From Eledone cirrhosa (Eukaryota), in assembly GCA_964016885.1 (NCBI GenBank), contig OZ024746.1, positions 25,420,001 to 25,484,000 on the forward strand: a DNA stretch of 64,000 nt, written 5' to 3'. The notes beneath the pieces are model-generated. The model ran no database searches, was not told the origin of the DNA, and worked only from the letters and a program-made list of their open reading frames with translations. The position numbers and the translations under genes are program-made. Shown piece by piece: positions 1 to 12,600 of this stretch (within the stretch, counting starts at the first letter, position 1; each line of letters begins with the position of its first letter).

Positions 1-270
1 TATGTGTGTATATGTATATATAGATATATCTATGTGTATATATATGTGTGTGTGTATATATGTGTGTATATGTATGTGTGTGTATATGTGTATGTATATA
101 TGTGTGTGTGTATATGTGTATGTATATATGTGTATGTGTATATGTGTATGTGTATATGTGTATGTATATATGTGTGTGTATATATGTGTGTGTATATATG
201 TGTGTGTATATATGTGTGTGTATATGTGTGTGTGTGTATATATATGTTTGTATATGTTTATATATATGTC
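1..270. repeat. Compound (TA)/(TG) microsatellite in a PGD intron
   Basis: Directly visible. Confidence 0.97.
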
Positions 271-299
271 TATATTGTTGTTTCTTTTGTTTTTCTTAG

Positions 300-418
300 C
301 GTCGTTGCAAAAGTTTGGAATCTAAAGGTCTGTTGTACATAGGAACTGGTGTTAGTGGTGGTGAAGAAGGTGCACGACATGGTCCTTCTATGATGCCTGG
401 AGGATCTCCTGCAGCTTG
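300..418 (+). CDS. PGD: 6-phosphogluconate dehydrogenase, internal exon ([40 protein letters not shown]); upstream exons lie outside the window
   Basis: ttttcttag acceptor, gtaag donor; conserved [17 protein letters not shown] motif of 6PGD. Confidence 0.96.
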
Positions 419-524
419 GTAAGTTGATTATTTAGTTTACTTGAAGGTTTAATTCTTAAAAGTAGGGATGGGGCTATTTTTGTGTCATTAAAACCACTTT
501 ACATAAAATGATGATTTCTAAGTT

Positions 525-720
525 AGGCACAAGGTCAACAATCTGTGGGGAAAGTCGATTATCTCAACTCCAGTACTCGACTAGTCCTTTATTTTATCAC
601 CATTGGAAGGTCGAAAGATAAAGTAAACCTCAGTGGGATTTGAAGTTTGAATTTAAAGAACTAGAACAAATATTGCAATAGCATTCTATCTGACACTCTA
701 CTCTGCAACCAATCCACCAA
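525..720 (-). mobile_element. tRNA-derived SINE family A, representative copy; others near 4600, 4870, 18090, 18270, 26010, 31040, 36560, 43935, 44130, 45735, 45975, 46430, 56800
   Basis: Recurrent B-box-like GAGTTCAAATCC followed by TTTGCCTTTCATCC...GTCGATAAAATAAAGTACCAGT core. Confidence 0.8.
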
Positions 721-1806
721 CCTCATCATCATTTTTTTCCCATTTGAAGCAAGTCAGATCAGATGACCGTGTCTTACTCATACAGAACTGTTTCTGGTTT
801 GGTTATTACAGCTGGATGTCTTTGCTAATGCCAACCATATTTACATAAATAATACTTTCATTAAGTACAGCTCAACATAGCAAGCATTTTTAAGGCCATT
901 TTTGCTGCTAAAACAGGGGGTAGCCTTCTGGACCCTGTGACAGGCTTCATGGGATCAATTTTGATACACTATTTTACAGTTAGATGCCCTTCGTGGTGCC
1001 AACGTTTTTAGTTAACTCTTAGATACACAGGGTTGGGATGTACCTATGCTAAACTAGACACACACTACACATCATTATCATCCTCGTTTTACATCTCTAT
1101 TTTTCTATACTAGCATGGGTTAATTGGGTTGTCACATTCTGAGACTAGGTAGGTCACATGACGGTGTCATGGCTCATATGTTCCATTTTAGTATGGTTTA
1201 TACAGCTAGATGCCATTCCTAATGTCAACCACTTTATAGTATGTGCTAGGTGCATTTTATTATAGTACCAACACTACCAGCTTACGGGATTGATTGGGTA
1301 TATTTCATTGTGGCACCACCACTACCATTTTTATTGTTTTTATTGTGACATTACCATTACCATTTTACAGAATGGACTGCCACTTTACAGCACTAAATAG
1401 TGTCCTCGGCCAAGTTGGTGAAGGCAGTGATGGTAGTGGCAGTAGAATTTACATGCTGTTTAGCAAAATAAAGAGTCATCTCACAGTATGAAATGGGGAA
1501 AGGAAGAGAAACATTGAGTTGTTGGGATGACCTTGAAAAACGTTTGTGGCAGATGACAGTATGTTAGGAGTGTCTGCTTTTCCATGATAGCTTGGGTTGG
1601 ATGAGAAAGAAAGAATCAAGGATGGGAGTGAGGGAGGGGAAGATTTACATAGTAAGGAGGAAAGGAGGAGAGGGAGAAGACCAAGGCAGGGGATTTAGAT
1701 ATAGGGGGGAAAAGGGGCAAATCAAGGATACAAAGTGGAGACATATTGGCAGGGAGGCCCTAATTGTTAAACTTCTCATACTTGTTTTATACTATTTACT
1801 TGGGAA

Positions 1807-1861
<55 letters not shown>

Positions 1862-2376
1862 TGTATGCATGCACATGGATATATATATATATACAACACA
1901 ACAATTTTAATGCTTCTTTCCCTGCTAAAGCAGAAGTTCACTTTGGAAGCCCCATGTCAAGCTTCATACTCATCATGGAATCCTCTTTGTGGCAATAGTT
2001 TGTCTGATGCCTTTTCTAGTGCCAACCCTTTTAGTTGTATCTTAGAACATGCAGGGATATTCACAGAATACTACTTAAATATTGTTTCTTTAAACTTTTG
2101 ATATCAGCCCAGCCAAACCTGCTCTGGTTCTTTAAAACAAAACCACCCATTCTAACTGGTTCCTATTTAAACTAATACCTTCCAACATAATTTTAGATCA
2201 GAACTATATCTTAAATTGCTATCTTAGTAATGAAATAATTAATATTAGTAAATTCCTCAAAATCCTTCATTAATTAATCTAAATAGAGTGTATTTTATGA
2301 GGAATATGGTGACAAAAGGGTCTTTTGTTTACTTTTCAAAATCTATTAAGTTTCTCCCAATTTGTTTGATTTCTAG

Positions 2377-2443
2377 GCCACATGTGAAGGATATTTTTCA
2401 ATCAATATGTGCTAAAGCTGGTACTGAACCTTGCTGTGACTGG
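2377..2443 (+). CDS. PGD: 6PGD exon (PHVKDIFQSICAKAGTEPCCDW)
   Basis: AG/GT boundaries, phase matches previous exon, EPCCDW motif. Confidence 0.95.
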
Positions 2444-3212
2444 GTAAGTTGTTTCATTATTCAGTTTGTTTATTATTCTAATGTACCAGTACATCTTTTA
2501 GTACTCAATGTAAGTCCAGATAAAGTATATAAAGCAAATTTAATTTTAAAAAAAAAAATCCATTTTTGCAATTTTTTTTAAAGCCATGACTGTGTGATTA
2601 AGGAGTGTGTTTTACAACCACATTGTTTTGGCTGCAGTCCCACTATGTGGCACATTGGCAAGTGTTTTCAATTATAGCCTCACATTGACTAATGACTTGT
2701 GAGTGAATTTTGATACATAGAAACTGTGTAGAAGCCCATCGTGTATGTGTGTGGGTGTGTGTGTGTTTACATAGCAGTCTGACAAAAAGTGATTATTAAA
2801 TTATGTACCAGATTGGAAAAAGGGGTTGATATTATTAACTAAATCCCTTCATGGATACAGTCTAATCACTGAAATTAATAAAAGAAGGCTGTATCTCATA
2901 AGAGGATTCTCAGGTGTTTTAATGACATGCAGCACAGCCCTAGCACAGATATCAATCTGAACAAAACATGCCACCCAGTCCTGAATTGAACCTATGATCA
3001 TATGATTGTGAGTCCAACATTCTAACCACTAGGCTATATGCCATTGGTATCTAATTAGTTCTTGTTTGAATTCTAAATAAAATCATGAAATTTGTAGAAC
3101 TAACTTTGAAATATAAAATACTATCCATTAACAATGACATTCTATAATTTTTGTGTGTAAATATTTATTTTCTTTTATTGAAAATCAAACAATGTTTTTT
3201 TTTAAATTAAAG

Positions 3213-3347
3213 GTTGGAGAAGAAGGTGCAGGTCATTTTGTAAAGATGGTACATAATGGTATAGAATATGGAGATATGCAACTGATTTGTGAAGCGTACC
3301 ATCTACTGAAGGATGTTGTAGGTTTATCTCCAACAGAAATAGCACAG
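3213..3347 (+). CDS. PGD: 6PGD exon ([29 protein letters not shown]...)
   Basis: Catalytic [13 protein letters not shown] motif; AG/GT boundaries; 135 nt, phase 0. Confidence 0.98.
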
Positions 3348-3599
3348 GTTTGTTTCACTGTTTTCTTAAACATTTTGATAGCAAACACCCTGAAACTACA
3401 CCTGGTTCTAAATTTTGTATAAAGAGCTTTATTAAGTTAAGGTGTTAGTGGCTGGTGCCACAACAAAACTCACTCAGTACATTCTGTAAAGTGGTAGTGT
3501 GTTGGATTGACAGAAGTGTTAAAGAATTGGTCAAGATTCTTTGCAGTATCTGATCCTGCTCTCTGCATTCCAATTTCAAATCCTGCATCCATTAGTTGT

Positions 3600-3850
3600 G
3601 ATTGACAAATAGTATCAGCAATGGAAAGACCGATGGACACATAGATTCCCTGGTCCAAACTGACCATCAGCTTCTTTGTTCTGCTAGGAGTTACAACTAA
3701 TAAACAGTATCACCAATGGAAACAGTTTCTTTGGTTTGATCTAACCACCAGCTCTTTTCTTTTGCTAGTTGTGACCAGCAGATAGTATCAACAATAGAAA
3801 GACCAATGGAAGCATTGTTTCCTTGGTCCAATCTGATGATCGATTTGTGA
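3600..3850. repeat. Degenerate ~75-80 bp tandem repeat family; inverted array at 23590-24050 and a single unit near 58280
   Basis: Recurrent CAATGGAA...CCTTGGTCCAATCTGA unit. Confidence 0.7.
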
Positions 3851-3906
3851 AAGTTATAATTACAGCAATTTTGTTAAAACAGTAATTTGTGCAATTCTCA
3901 TTAAAG

Positions 3907-4029
3907 GTTTTTGATGACTGGAATAAAGAAGAACTGAATTCCTATTTGATTGAAATCACCAGAGATATTCTACGGTATAAGGAAAATGGAGAATTTTTGT
4001 TGGGACAAATCAGTGATGCTGCTGGACAG
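3907..4029 (+). CDS. PGD: 6PGD exon (VFDDWNKEELNSYLIEIT...DAAGQ)
   Basis: Conserved L.SYLIEIT motif; AG/GT boundaries. Confidence 0.95.
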
Positions 4030-4382
4030 GTACAATATTGATATTTATTATATTTTCTTTTAACCTTTTTGTTCCAAACCTGCTTGAAACCACCCTTAGT
4101 TTTATGATAGGAGTATATTTGTTTTAAAGTCTTCGTATTTATCTGAAACGCTTCCATCACAGTTCTGTGTTAGAAGCTTTAAGTTATGTTCCAAACACCA
4201 GGAGAAAGTTGCTTACTAAATCACACCAAATTTTTTATTCTTTTCAAAATCACTTGAACATATATGGTGACAAAAGGGTTACAATGTTTGTATTTATCTA
4301 AAAACCTTCCATCATAGTTTTGTTAAGTTATATTCCAAAAACTTGCTTAATAACGTGAAAATTAGTTATGTTACTAAATTTA

Positions 4383-4434
<52 letters not shown>

Positions 4435-5151
4435 ACAAAATTCTTTATTCTTTTACTTGTTTTAGTTATTAAATTGTGGCCATACTTGGACACTGCCTTT
4501 AGTTGATTGTATCATCCTCAGTACTTACTTTTATTCAAGTGAGAACATACATAAGGGAGACACAGGGAAAGCGAACGTTAAAACAACATTGATGATGATA
4601 GGCACAAGGTTAACAATTTTGTGGGGAGGGATAAGTCAATTAAATCGGTTCCAGTACTGGTCATAAGAAGTACTAGACTGGTACTTTATTTTATCAACCC
4701 CTGGATGAAAGGCAAAGTTGACCTTGGTAAGATTTGAACAAAGAATGTAAAGAACCGTAACAAATACCAACAAACATCACAAAGAGTTTGTCCAGCACTC
4801 TACCAACTCTGCCAATGCACCACCCTAGCATATATGTGTATGTATATATATAATGGTTCATAATTTATACACAAGGCCAACAATTTTGGAGGAGAAGACG
4901 GTCGATTAAATTGACACCAATGTGTTACTGCTATTTTATTTTATCAACCCTGTGATGATGAAAGGCAAAGCTAACTGCAGCAAGATTTAAACTCAGGACA
5001 TAAAGGGCTGTAACTCTATTATACAAAGCATGTTTGACAATCTACCAATACTGCCAATCTACTGCCCTTATGTATATAATAACACATTTTTAACCATTAA
5101 ATTTGTATCTATTTTTGTCTCTTATATCAGTTTTTTTAATATAATTTCTAG

Positions 5152-5215
5152 AAAGGAACTGGAAAATGGACTGCTATATCTGCCTTGCAATATGGAACCC
5201 CAGTTTCTTTGATTG
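5152..5215 (+). CDS. PGD: 6PGD exon (KGTGKWTAISALQYGTPVSLIG)
   Basis: QKGTGKWT signature completed across the splice junction; tag/gtaag boundaries. Confidence 0.96.
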
Positions 5216-5685
5216 GTAAGGAGAATAGATATTTACTACTTTCAGTTAATTGACTGTGGCCATGCTGGGGCTTGCCTAAAAGAGATTTACTCAATCCTAT
5301 TGACCCCAGGACTTATTTTTTCAAGTCTGGTATTTATTTTATTGATATGCCTTTGTTTGTAATAATATATATGGGATAGTATTGGTGCCTTGATAAAAAG
5401 TATCCATCCCACTCAGTGAAGTGGTTGTGTTGGGGGCCACAATAATGCTCACAGTACACACTGTAAAGTTGTTGGCATTGGGAACAGCATCTAGCCACAG
5501 AATCTAAGCCATAAATGGAATATATGAGCAAGACATAAACCACCTGGTTGGTCTAACCTCAGAACATGACAACCTGTGTAACCCATGCATGCAAAGAAAA
5601 TAAACAGTAATTGGGGATGATGATGATGATGATATTTATGAATATCAGTGTTTTAAAATGTTTTTTTTTAAAAACTATTTACTAG

Positions 5686-5816
5686 GGGAAGCTGTTTTTG
5701 CTCGATGTCTGTCTGCATTACAATCTGAGAGAGAGGAAGCTAGCAAACTGTTGAGTGGGCCTCAAGCATCAAAATTTAATGGTGATAAAAAAAAGTTCAT
5801 TAATGACATAAAATTA
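5686..5816 (+). CDS. PGD: 6PGD exon (EAVFARCLSALQSER...INDIKL)
   Basis: GEAVFARCLS motif; phase-consistent AG/GT. Confidence 0.95.
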
Positions 5817-7038
5817 GTAAGTTATTTTGGCTTTTTTATGGCCTCTCTTTCTATATATATACCCCTCTCATTTCTCATTTCATGCTTTAGACTCTCTCTT
5901 CCATTCTGTCCCTCTCTCCATTCTTCTGCTCAATTTGTGATTATATTTTAAGCTGACTTTTTGCTATACATTTAAAAATCAGTTGTTTACACCTATGCAC
6001 CACGCTGAGATTCCTACAATTTTATGAAAATTCATATAAACTCATTGCTTCAATCCTTTTCAATTAATTTATATTTTGTTTTCTTTAATTATATTTTTAT
6101 GACAACCTGTCTAGTGTTGGTGTAATGATAAAATGCACCCAGTCCACTTTAAGTGGATGCACTGGTGTCACAACAAAATACAACCCAGTTCACTTTGTAA
6201 AGTTGATATACTGGTGTCACAATAAAATACACCCAATACACAAGTGATTGTGCCAATGCCAGGATGAAATTCACCCACTACACTCAATAAAGTGGTAGTG
6301 CTGGTTCTATGATAAAGTGCACCCAGAACACTCAGTAAAGTGTTTGGCATTAGGAAGGGCATTTAGCTGTCGGAACTGTGCCAAAATATAGGAATTATTA
6401 GGAAGACGTGATTCTCTGACCTATCTATTGTCAGACTATAACAATCTATTCAACCCATGCCAGCATGGAAAGTGGATGTATGATGATGATGATGATATAT
6501 ATGCATTAAAACTTTCTCTTAAGTCTAATTTTTAAAACATAGCATTAGGTCATTTAATAGATATTCCTATGAATGCAGGAAAGTGACTGAGTGTTCCACT
6601 TGATATTGTTAGTATTTATGTACACATTCCATTGTTGGTGTGATAGCAATAACATTTCCTTTATCTTAGATTAGAAATAGACAAATAAATAATTTATTTG
6701 TTAGCTGTTGACTGGAGGTCGGGGCTTACGTTTCTTCTATTATGTCTTTTGCTATCTATCGTGATATTTAGATATATCATCATCATCATGGATATATCAT
6801 CATCATCATCATCTGTTCTGTCATACTGACATGGGATGGACTGGTTATCACAGACGAAGTCAGTATTTAATTTATCCAAGAAAATATATAGTTTATTATA
6901 TAGTGCTGTTTGTAACCTTAGAGATATATAAATATATTTTTCAAGTTTTGTCTTCTTTACATGCTTTATACACTACTGTTTTGTTACTATAGAGATATCC
7001 ACATATATTTCACACTTCAAATTTTGTCTTGTTTACAG

Positions 7039-7172
7039 GCTTTATATGCATCTAAAATTGTGTCATACGCTCAAGGGTTTATGCTGATGCGTGAAGCTGC
7101 CAAAAGTCTTGGTTGGAATCTAAACTATGGATCAATTGCACTTATGTGGAGAGGTGGCTGCATTATTCGTAG
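7039..7172 (+). CDS. PGD: 6PGD exon ([14 protein letters not shown]...WRGGCIIR)
   Basis: SYAQGF and WRGGCIIRS motifs; AG/GT. Confidence 0.97.
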
Positions 7173-7370
7173 GTAAATATGTAGCTCAGCTTCTACCACT
7201 CTCTCTTTTATCACTATCATATAATTCTTTCTTCTATCACTGTCATAATAGCCCTCTCTTATCACTGTCATAATAGCCCTCTCTTCTATCACTAGCATAT
7301 AGCCTATCACTCTATCTATTCACTATTCATTAGTAATAAGCTATAGATATTTGAACACATTATTTTTATT

Positions 7371-7596
7371 TTAACCCTTTTGATACTAAACAACATGAAA
7401 CTACAACAGGTTCTGTGATGCAAAACTTTTTATTTTAACATGTTTAAATTTATAGAAAAACCTTCTGTCATAATTCTATGTAAGAATATTTTTTAAATTA
7501 TGTTTCATACACCAATTTAATAAATTGATTAATTTCATAACTATTTGAAAATTATAGACTATATCTTTCTTTAGAAATATGGTAAAGAAAAGGTTA
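7371..7596. mobile_element. TTAA-flanked piggyBac-type MITE family 1; related copies near 8480, 9840, 24110, 31830, 35947-36202, 42485-42903, 53414
   Basis: TTAACCCTTT...AAAGG(G)TTAA ends and shared internal sequence. Confidence 0.7.
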
Positions 7597-7795
7597 ATAA
7601 ACTGAACTGAGAATAGCATGGTAGTTGTGCTCCAAGAATCAAGCTAGATTCAGTTATAGAAATCGGTATATACTGGTGTTTGTGAGCTAAATTTGAAGGT
7701 CTGAATTACAGAAGTCACTACACAACATATTGATGTATGAGCATCATATTTAGTCTCACAATGAAGATGTTTTATGGCTAATAATAACTTCTAAG

Positions 7796-8118
7796 TTAAC
7801 TCTTAACGTACTGTATACATGAAATATATTCTTGAAAAGTACAAAACAACCCTATGACTGTATTATATTAAAAATTAAAGCCTTAGCTCTAATACTGCAC
7901 ATTATCAAAATGATCTGACCACTAGTAAAGATACAATAAGCATTTAAATTAACGAACATGCTTTAGACATTTTCTGATAACTCTTTACAGGATGTTAAGA
8001 GATAATACTGCAATTTTTCACAAAAACCTGTCACTAGTTAAGATATTGTAAACATTTAAATTAACAAATATGATTTTAGACATTTTTCTGCTAAATCGTT
8101 ACAGGATGTTGAGAGTTA
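7796..8118. mobile_element. TTAA-flanked MITE with an internal ~80 bp duplication of its right end
   Basis: TTAACTCTTAACGT / ATGTTGAGAGTTAA termini; direct repeat 7920-8001 vs 8032-8115. Confidence 0.6.
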
Positions 8119-8760
8119 AAGAAAGGACATATGAGTGGTTATCAGAGCATTTCAACTTTGAATCTTGTATTTTTATTTTATGTAGCAACCTCTTTAAGTC
8201 ATGCTTCAAATACTAGTTCTATAACAAATAAATTAGTTTCTATTATTTAATCCTCCCCTAAATTTATGATTATTTTCAAAATTAATTGCAACTCCTAGGC
8301 AATGTATTAGAAATGTGGTCAGGAAAGGGTTAATATATGTGTGCATGTTAACTCATCATGTTAAAATAAAAATCAGTTTAACTAATTTAACTATTTCACT
8401 TTTTATTTGAAACACCTAACCAAACTTGATTTATTATTCAGTATAAATATAGTTTTTATGTAAATCATTATTAGACATAAGGGTTAAAAAATGAATTAGC
8501 AACATTGGTTCTGTGACAGAAAACTGTTTTTAAAGTATTAATAATTATCTAAAAACTTTCCATCATAATTTTATGTAAGAACCTTTGTCAAATTATATTG
8601 CAAAAACCAGATTAATAATGAGAAAGTTAGTTATATTACTAAATTCTTCCAAATTATTGATGATTGGAAATATGATAACTAAGGATTTAATACAAACATA
8701 TTTTTTTATGTAAAACTTTGTGTTTGAAGTAGTGTTTTAAACATTTTTTTTCCTTTGCAG

Positions 8761-8860
8761 TGTTTTCCTTGGCAATATTAAGGAGGCTTTTGAAAACAAC
8801 CCCAACCTTAAAAGTTTGCTGTTAGATACATTCTTCAAATCAGCCATTTCCAAATGTCAG
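8761..8860 (+). CDS. PGD: 6PGD exon (VFLGNIKEAFENNPNLKSLLLD...CQ)
   Basis: tttgcag/gtaag boundaries; phase-consistent; matches 6PGD. Confidence 0.95.
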
Positions 8861-9393
8861 GTAAGAATGTAATTAAAGAATTACAAAAATGTATCAATAT
8901 TATGCATGCTGTGGACTGTTCTGACACCAACCACTTTGCAGAGTGTACTGATGTACAAGTAAATTGGGTGTGTTTAATCATGGCACAAGTACTACCAGTT
9001 TACAAAGTGTGCTGGGTGCATTTTATTGTGGCAGGGTTATCATGTCCATGATGCAATTGAAGAGTCATCATAACTCTTTCGGCATGGTTTCTACAGCTAG
9101 ATGCTCTTCCTAACACCAACCATTTTACAGTGTACTTGCTACATTTTCATGGCACAGGCATTAAAGAGGTTGTGTGCTTGACACAACTGATGGGTCTTCT
9201 TAAACCTTTTGGCATGGTTTCTACAGCTGAATGCCTTTGCTAGCACCAACCACTTTACAAAGTGATGACACCAGCACTAGAGAGGTTATGATTTAAATGG
9301 AGTCATCTAAACCGTTTTGCCATGTATATCAAGAAATGTTTAATGATATGGAGTGTTGGTTTTCTTAATATTTTTCTCCAATATAATTTCCAG

Positions 9394-9516
9394 GAATCAT
9401 GGCGCAATGTGATCAGTTTAGCTGTTACTTCTGGGATTCCAACGCCAGCTTTTAGTTCAGCATTGGCCTTCTACGATGGATACAGAACTTCACATCTCCC
9501 AGCAAATTTGATTCAG
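9394..9516 (+). CDS. PGD: 6PGD exon (ESWRNV...AFYDGYRTSHLPANLIQ)
   Basis: LPANLIQ motif; AG/GT. Confidence 0.96.
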
Positions 9517-10621
9517 GTTTGTTCATGATAATCAGAATGTATTTTCTTTCTTTAAGTTAATCACCTTTTTTTACATTTGAAGGCATGGCTGTGTGGTCAG
9601 TAGTTAGCAGGGTCACCAATTTACAATGAGACATACTGCCACGTATGTCTTTAGACAGTTAAATTTCTATATCGATTTCATATTGCACTATTTGATCTTG
9701 ATAGAAGGGGCTTCTTGTGAGAGCTTGTTGACTTATTGGTTTGGCTAGATGAGAAGACAACCGAGTATATAATTTGTGGAACTAATGAAAGTATTTTATT
9801 GGGTGTGTTATGGAGTAGATTTACTGGAGAGAGTGCTATTTTTAACACTTTTGTTACCATATTTATTTCTAATCGGATACACTGTTTTAATTAGTTTTAA
9901 AAACTATCAGGAATTTGGAGAAATTTAGTTAAATAACTAACCATGTCGTTATTAAATTGGTATTTGGAATATAACTTAAGTAGGTTCTTACGTAAATTTA
10001 TGAGGGAAGGTTTTCAAAATAATATAAACACTTTAAAACAAACAGTTTTGTATTGTTGAACCAGGAACAGTTTCAGGTGGTTTGGTATTAAAAGTATTAA
10101 TGCGAGATAGAAGATTGGCGAGAGTTCAGAGAGTGGTAGTGGGAGAAGATATATTTAACCCGTTAGTATTTACATTACTCTATATTTACTATCGTATTTT
10201 CATGGTAAAGGCTTTACCTCACATAATTATCTCATATCGAATCTATGATTTTTATATTTATTTTGAGAACAATACCTTAGCGTTGGTATGAGTGGCTAGT
10301 TACAGTCGCTTTGAACAGAAGGCGGTGAAAGAATTATGGCTGGATACAGCCGGTTTAAATGCTAAAGTGTTAGAAGGGTCGTAATTAGAAGAAGGAATGA
10401 AGAAAGACTTTAACCCAGAGTAACAGGTGCTGATGTCCAATATTCCAAACTTCAGAAATAAGCTTTTTCTCTCATTTATAGTTTCTTGCTCTGCTAATTT
10501 CTTTTTCTTTGTTTGACTAGATATTAAATTCTTTATTATTTTACATAATTTTATCCTTGAAGTTAAAGATTTATGAATGTGTGTTTCTTTTATATTTTTG
10601 TAATTCTTATTTCAATTGCAG

Positions 10622-10741
10622 GCTCAGCGAGATTACTTTGGTGCTCACACATATGAACTACGTAAAAATCTTGGACATTTTGTACATACAAACTGGACAG
10701 GATCAGGTGGCCAAGTGTCTTCAACTACATATCAAGCTTAA
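10622..10741 (+). CDS. PGD: 6PGD terminal exon (AQRDYFGAHTYE...HTNWTGSGGQVSSTTYQA*)
   Basis: AQRDYFGAH motif, TAA at 10739-10741; AATAAA at 10908, 11071 and 11364. Confidence 0.97.
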   Translation, partial: AQRDYFGAHTYELRKNLGHFVHTNWTGSGGQVSSTTYQA

Positions 10742-12169
10742 GTCTTAGCATTTGATATATTCTTATGAAAATGAACAAATATCTCCACAGTTAGCTTATA
10801 TAGGGAACTTTGATTATGCCTACAAGAAATATTATTATAATTAACTAATAGAGTTTTCAAATTTTTGTTTTTCTCATTAACCATTAGAAATCTACATTTA
10901 TATGTTAAATAAAATTATTTTTGAAAGTTAAATATTTTTTAATATATTTTCTTTTCTGAAGAAAAAGGCAGCAGTGATTTAGAAGTGTCGGCATTGATGA
11001 CTCTTTATACTGTGTCTTAAGAGGCATCAATACTAAAACTTTGAAGTCACTACCATGTTTTTCTTAGGAAAATAAAGCTTTTATTTTGGTTACGTGTATT
11101 GAGTGCTCATTCAGAGAAATTGTTTGTTTGAGTGCCCCAGATTTGGTAGAGGTTTTTTTAATATCATGCATCACATTATTATCGTGCCAACATATCCAGG
11201 GCTGGTTTAATTCCATTTGGAAACAAAATTGTGGGCAGGGAAAGACAAATACTTTTAATTTCTTCCCTTGATGCCCTAAGTATGTGCATTATTTTGCTTA
11301 ATCAATTCCTAAACATATTCAATGTTAAATATATCAACTTGACTTTCAAATATAAATATCTCAAATAAAAGTTTATTTACATTTATTCATTATTTCAATT
11401 GGTTTTTTTTTTTTTTTCACTGATTTTGTAAATATTGTTAATAGTAAATGTGATGGAGATCAGAGACTACATGGAAGGGAGAGGTCCCTCCTAGCCTGCA
11501 GTGTGTTAAACAACTTGTCCAGTATAGTGTTAGTGCTGGTAAAATGCACACAGTACACTTTGAAAAATGGTTGATATAAGTAAAGGTATTCAACCATGGA
11601 AACCATGCCAAACAAAGGATTGATAACATTACTTGGGTTGGTGCCACAGTAAAGTGGGCCCAGTACATTTTTCAAAATGGCAGTACTGGTGTCACAATAA
11701 AATGCACCCAGTACACCCTGCAAATTGGCACTGGAATATGTGAGACAATTTAAGGACCACAATGGCTCTGATTAAGAACTGATCAGATCAACATTGAAGA
11801 GATGTAAACTGATGATAATGTAAATATTATTAAGACAACTAATTTCAGATCTTTTTGATCTATTATTACCTGTTTTACATCTCAATTCTTTGTACTGAAT
11901 GTTTGTCAACCATTCAGATGGTTGCAAAGGCCTTGTCCAGGTCAATAAATGTTAAGTATAAGTACTTACTGTCATAGGGGTAGGCAGACTGTCCTTCATA
12001 TATGCTATTTTTTTTTTTTTTGTACCCACTTCTCGCTAGTACCTCATTGTAATGGGGTGCAGCCCTGTCAAAGATCTCATGCTAATCCTGCTTACATTTC
12101 CTAACTATAGCTGAAACCACTATGTATGTATGTATACCATTTCTTCACAAGGCTTCCTACAGGGGTAGT

Positions 12170-12600
12170 GTTTACCAATTTTGATGCCCCTTGTGCCTCC
12201 ACACATTTAATCTAGCAATCCACATTTGGAATGGTCTCAGCCCTGCTTCAGTAGTATTTTTATATTCAGAAATAGCTCTCTCTGGTGAGTAGGGAGCCTA
12301 ACAAATGGAGGAAAAGCTTTTTTTTTTTTTTTACCAAGAATCCTTGGATTAGCTGTGGAATTGTCATGATATAGCTGCCAATTTTGTGAGGCCCACAGAT
12401 CCGGTCTCTTATGCTGAACTACCAAAAATGTTGGAGGACTTCTTGATATTACCCCTTTCTGTCAGAATCAGATTTTTCTCGGCCCTTGATGTGCCTTTTG
12501 GGGCCTTGGCATTTAGACACTTCCACTTTGAGGATTGAGCTTTGGTTTCTGGGTCATACTCATACAGCTGCATCTCATCTCAAGTTATGGTATTAGGAAC
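12170..12600 (-). mobile_element. Decayed Tc1/mariner transposase fragment
   Basis: KRPDLWASQNWQLYHDNSTA resembles the mariner KRP.LW...W.LHHDNAPAH motif. Confidence 0.65.

Noticed and set aside
10993-11031. SECIS or IRE in the PGD 3'UTR
   Set aside because: No GA quartet partner or apical AA, loop is not CAGUGN, and no in-frame TGA in the visible PGD exons
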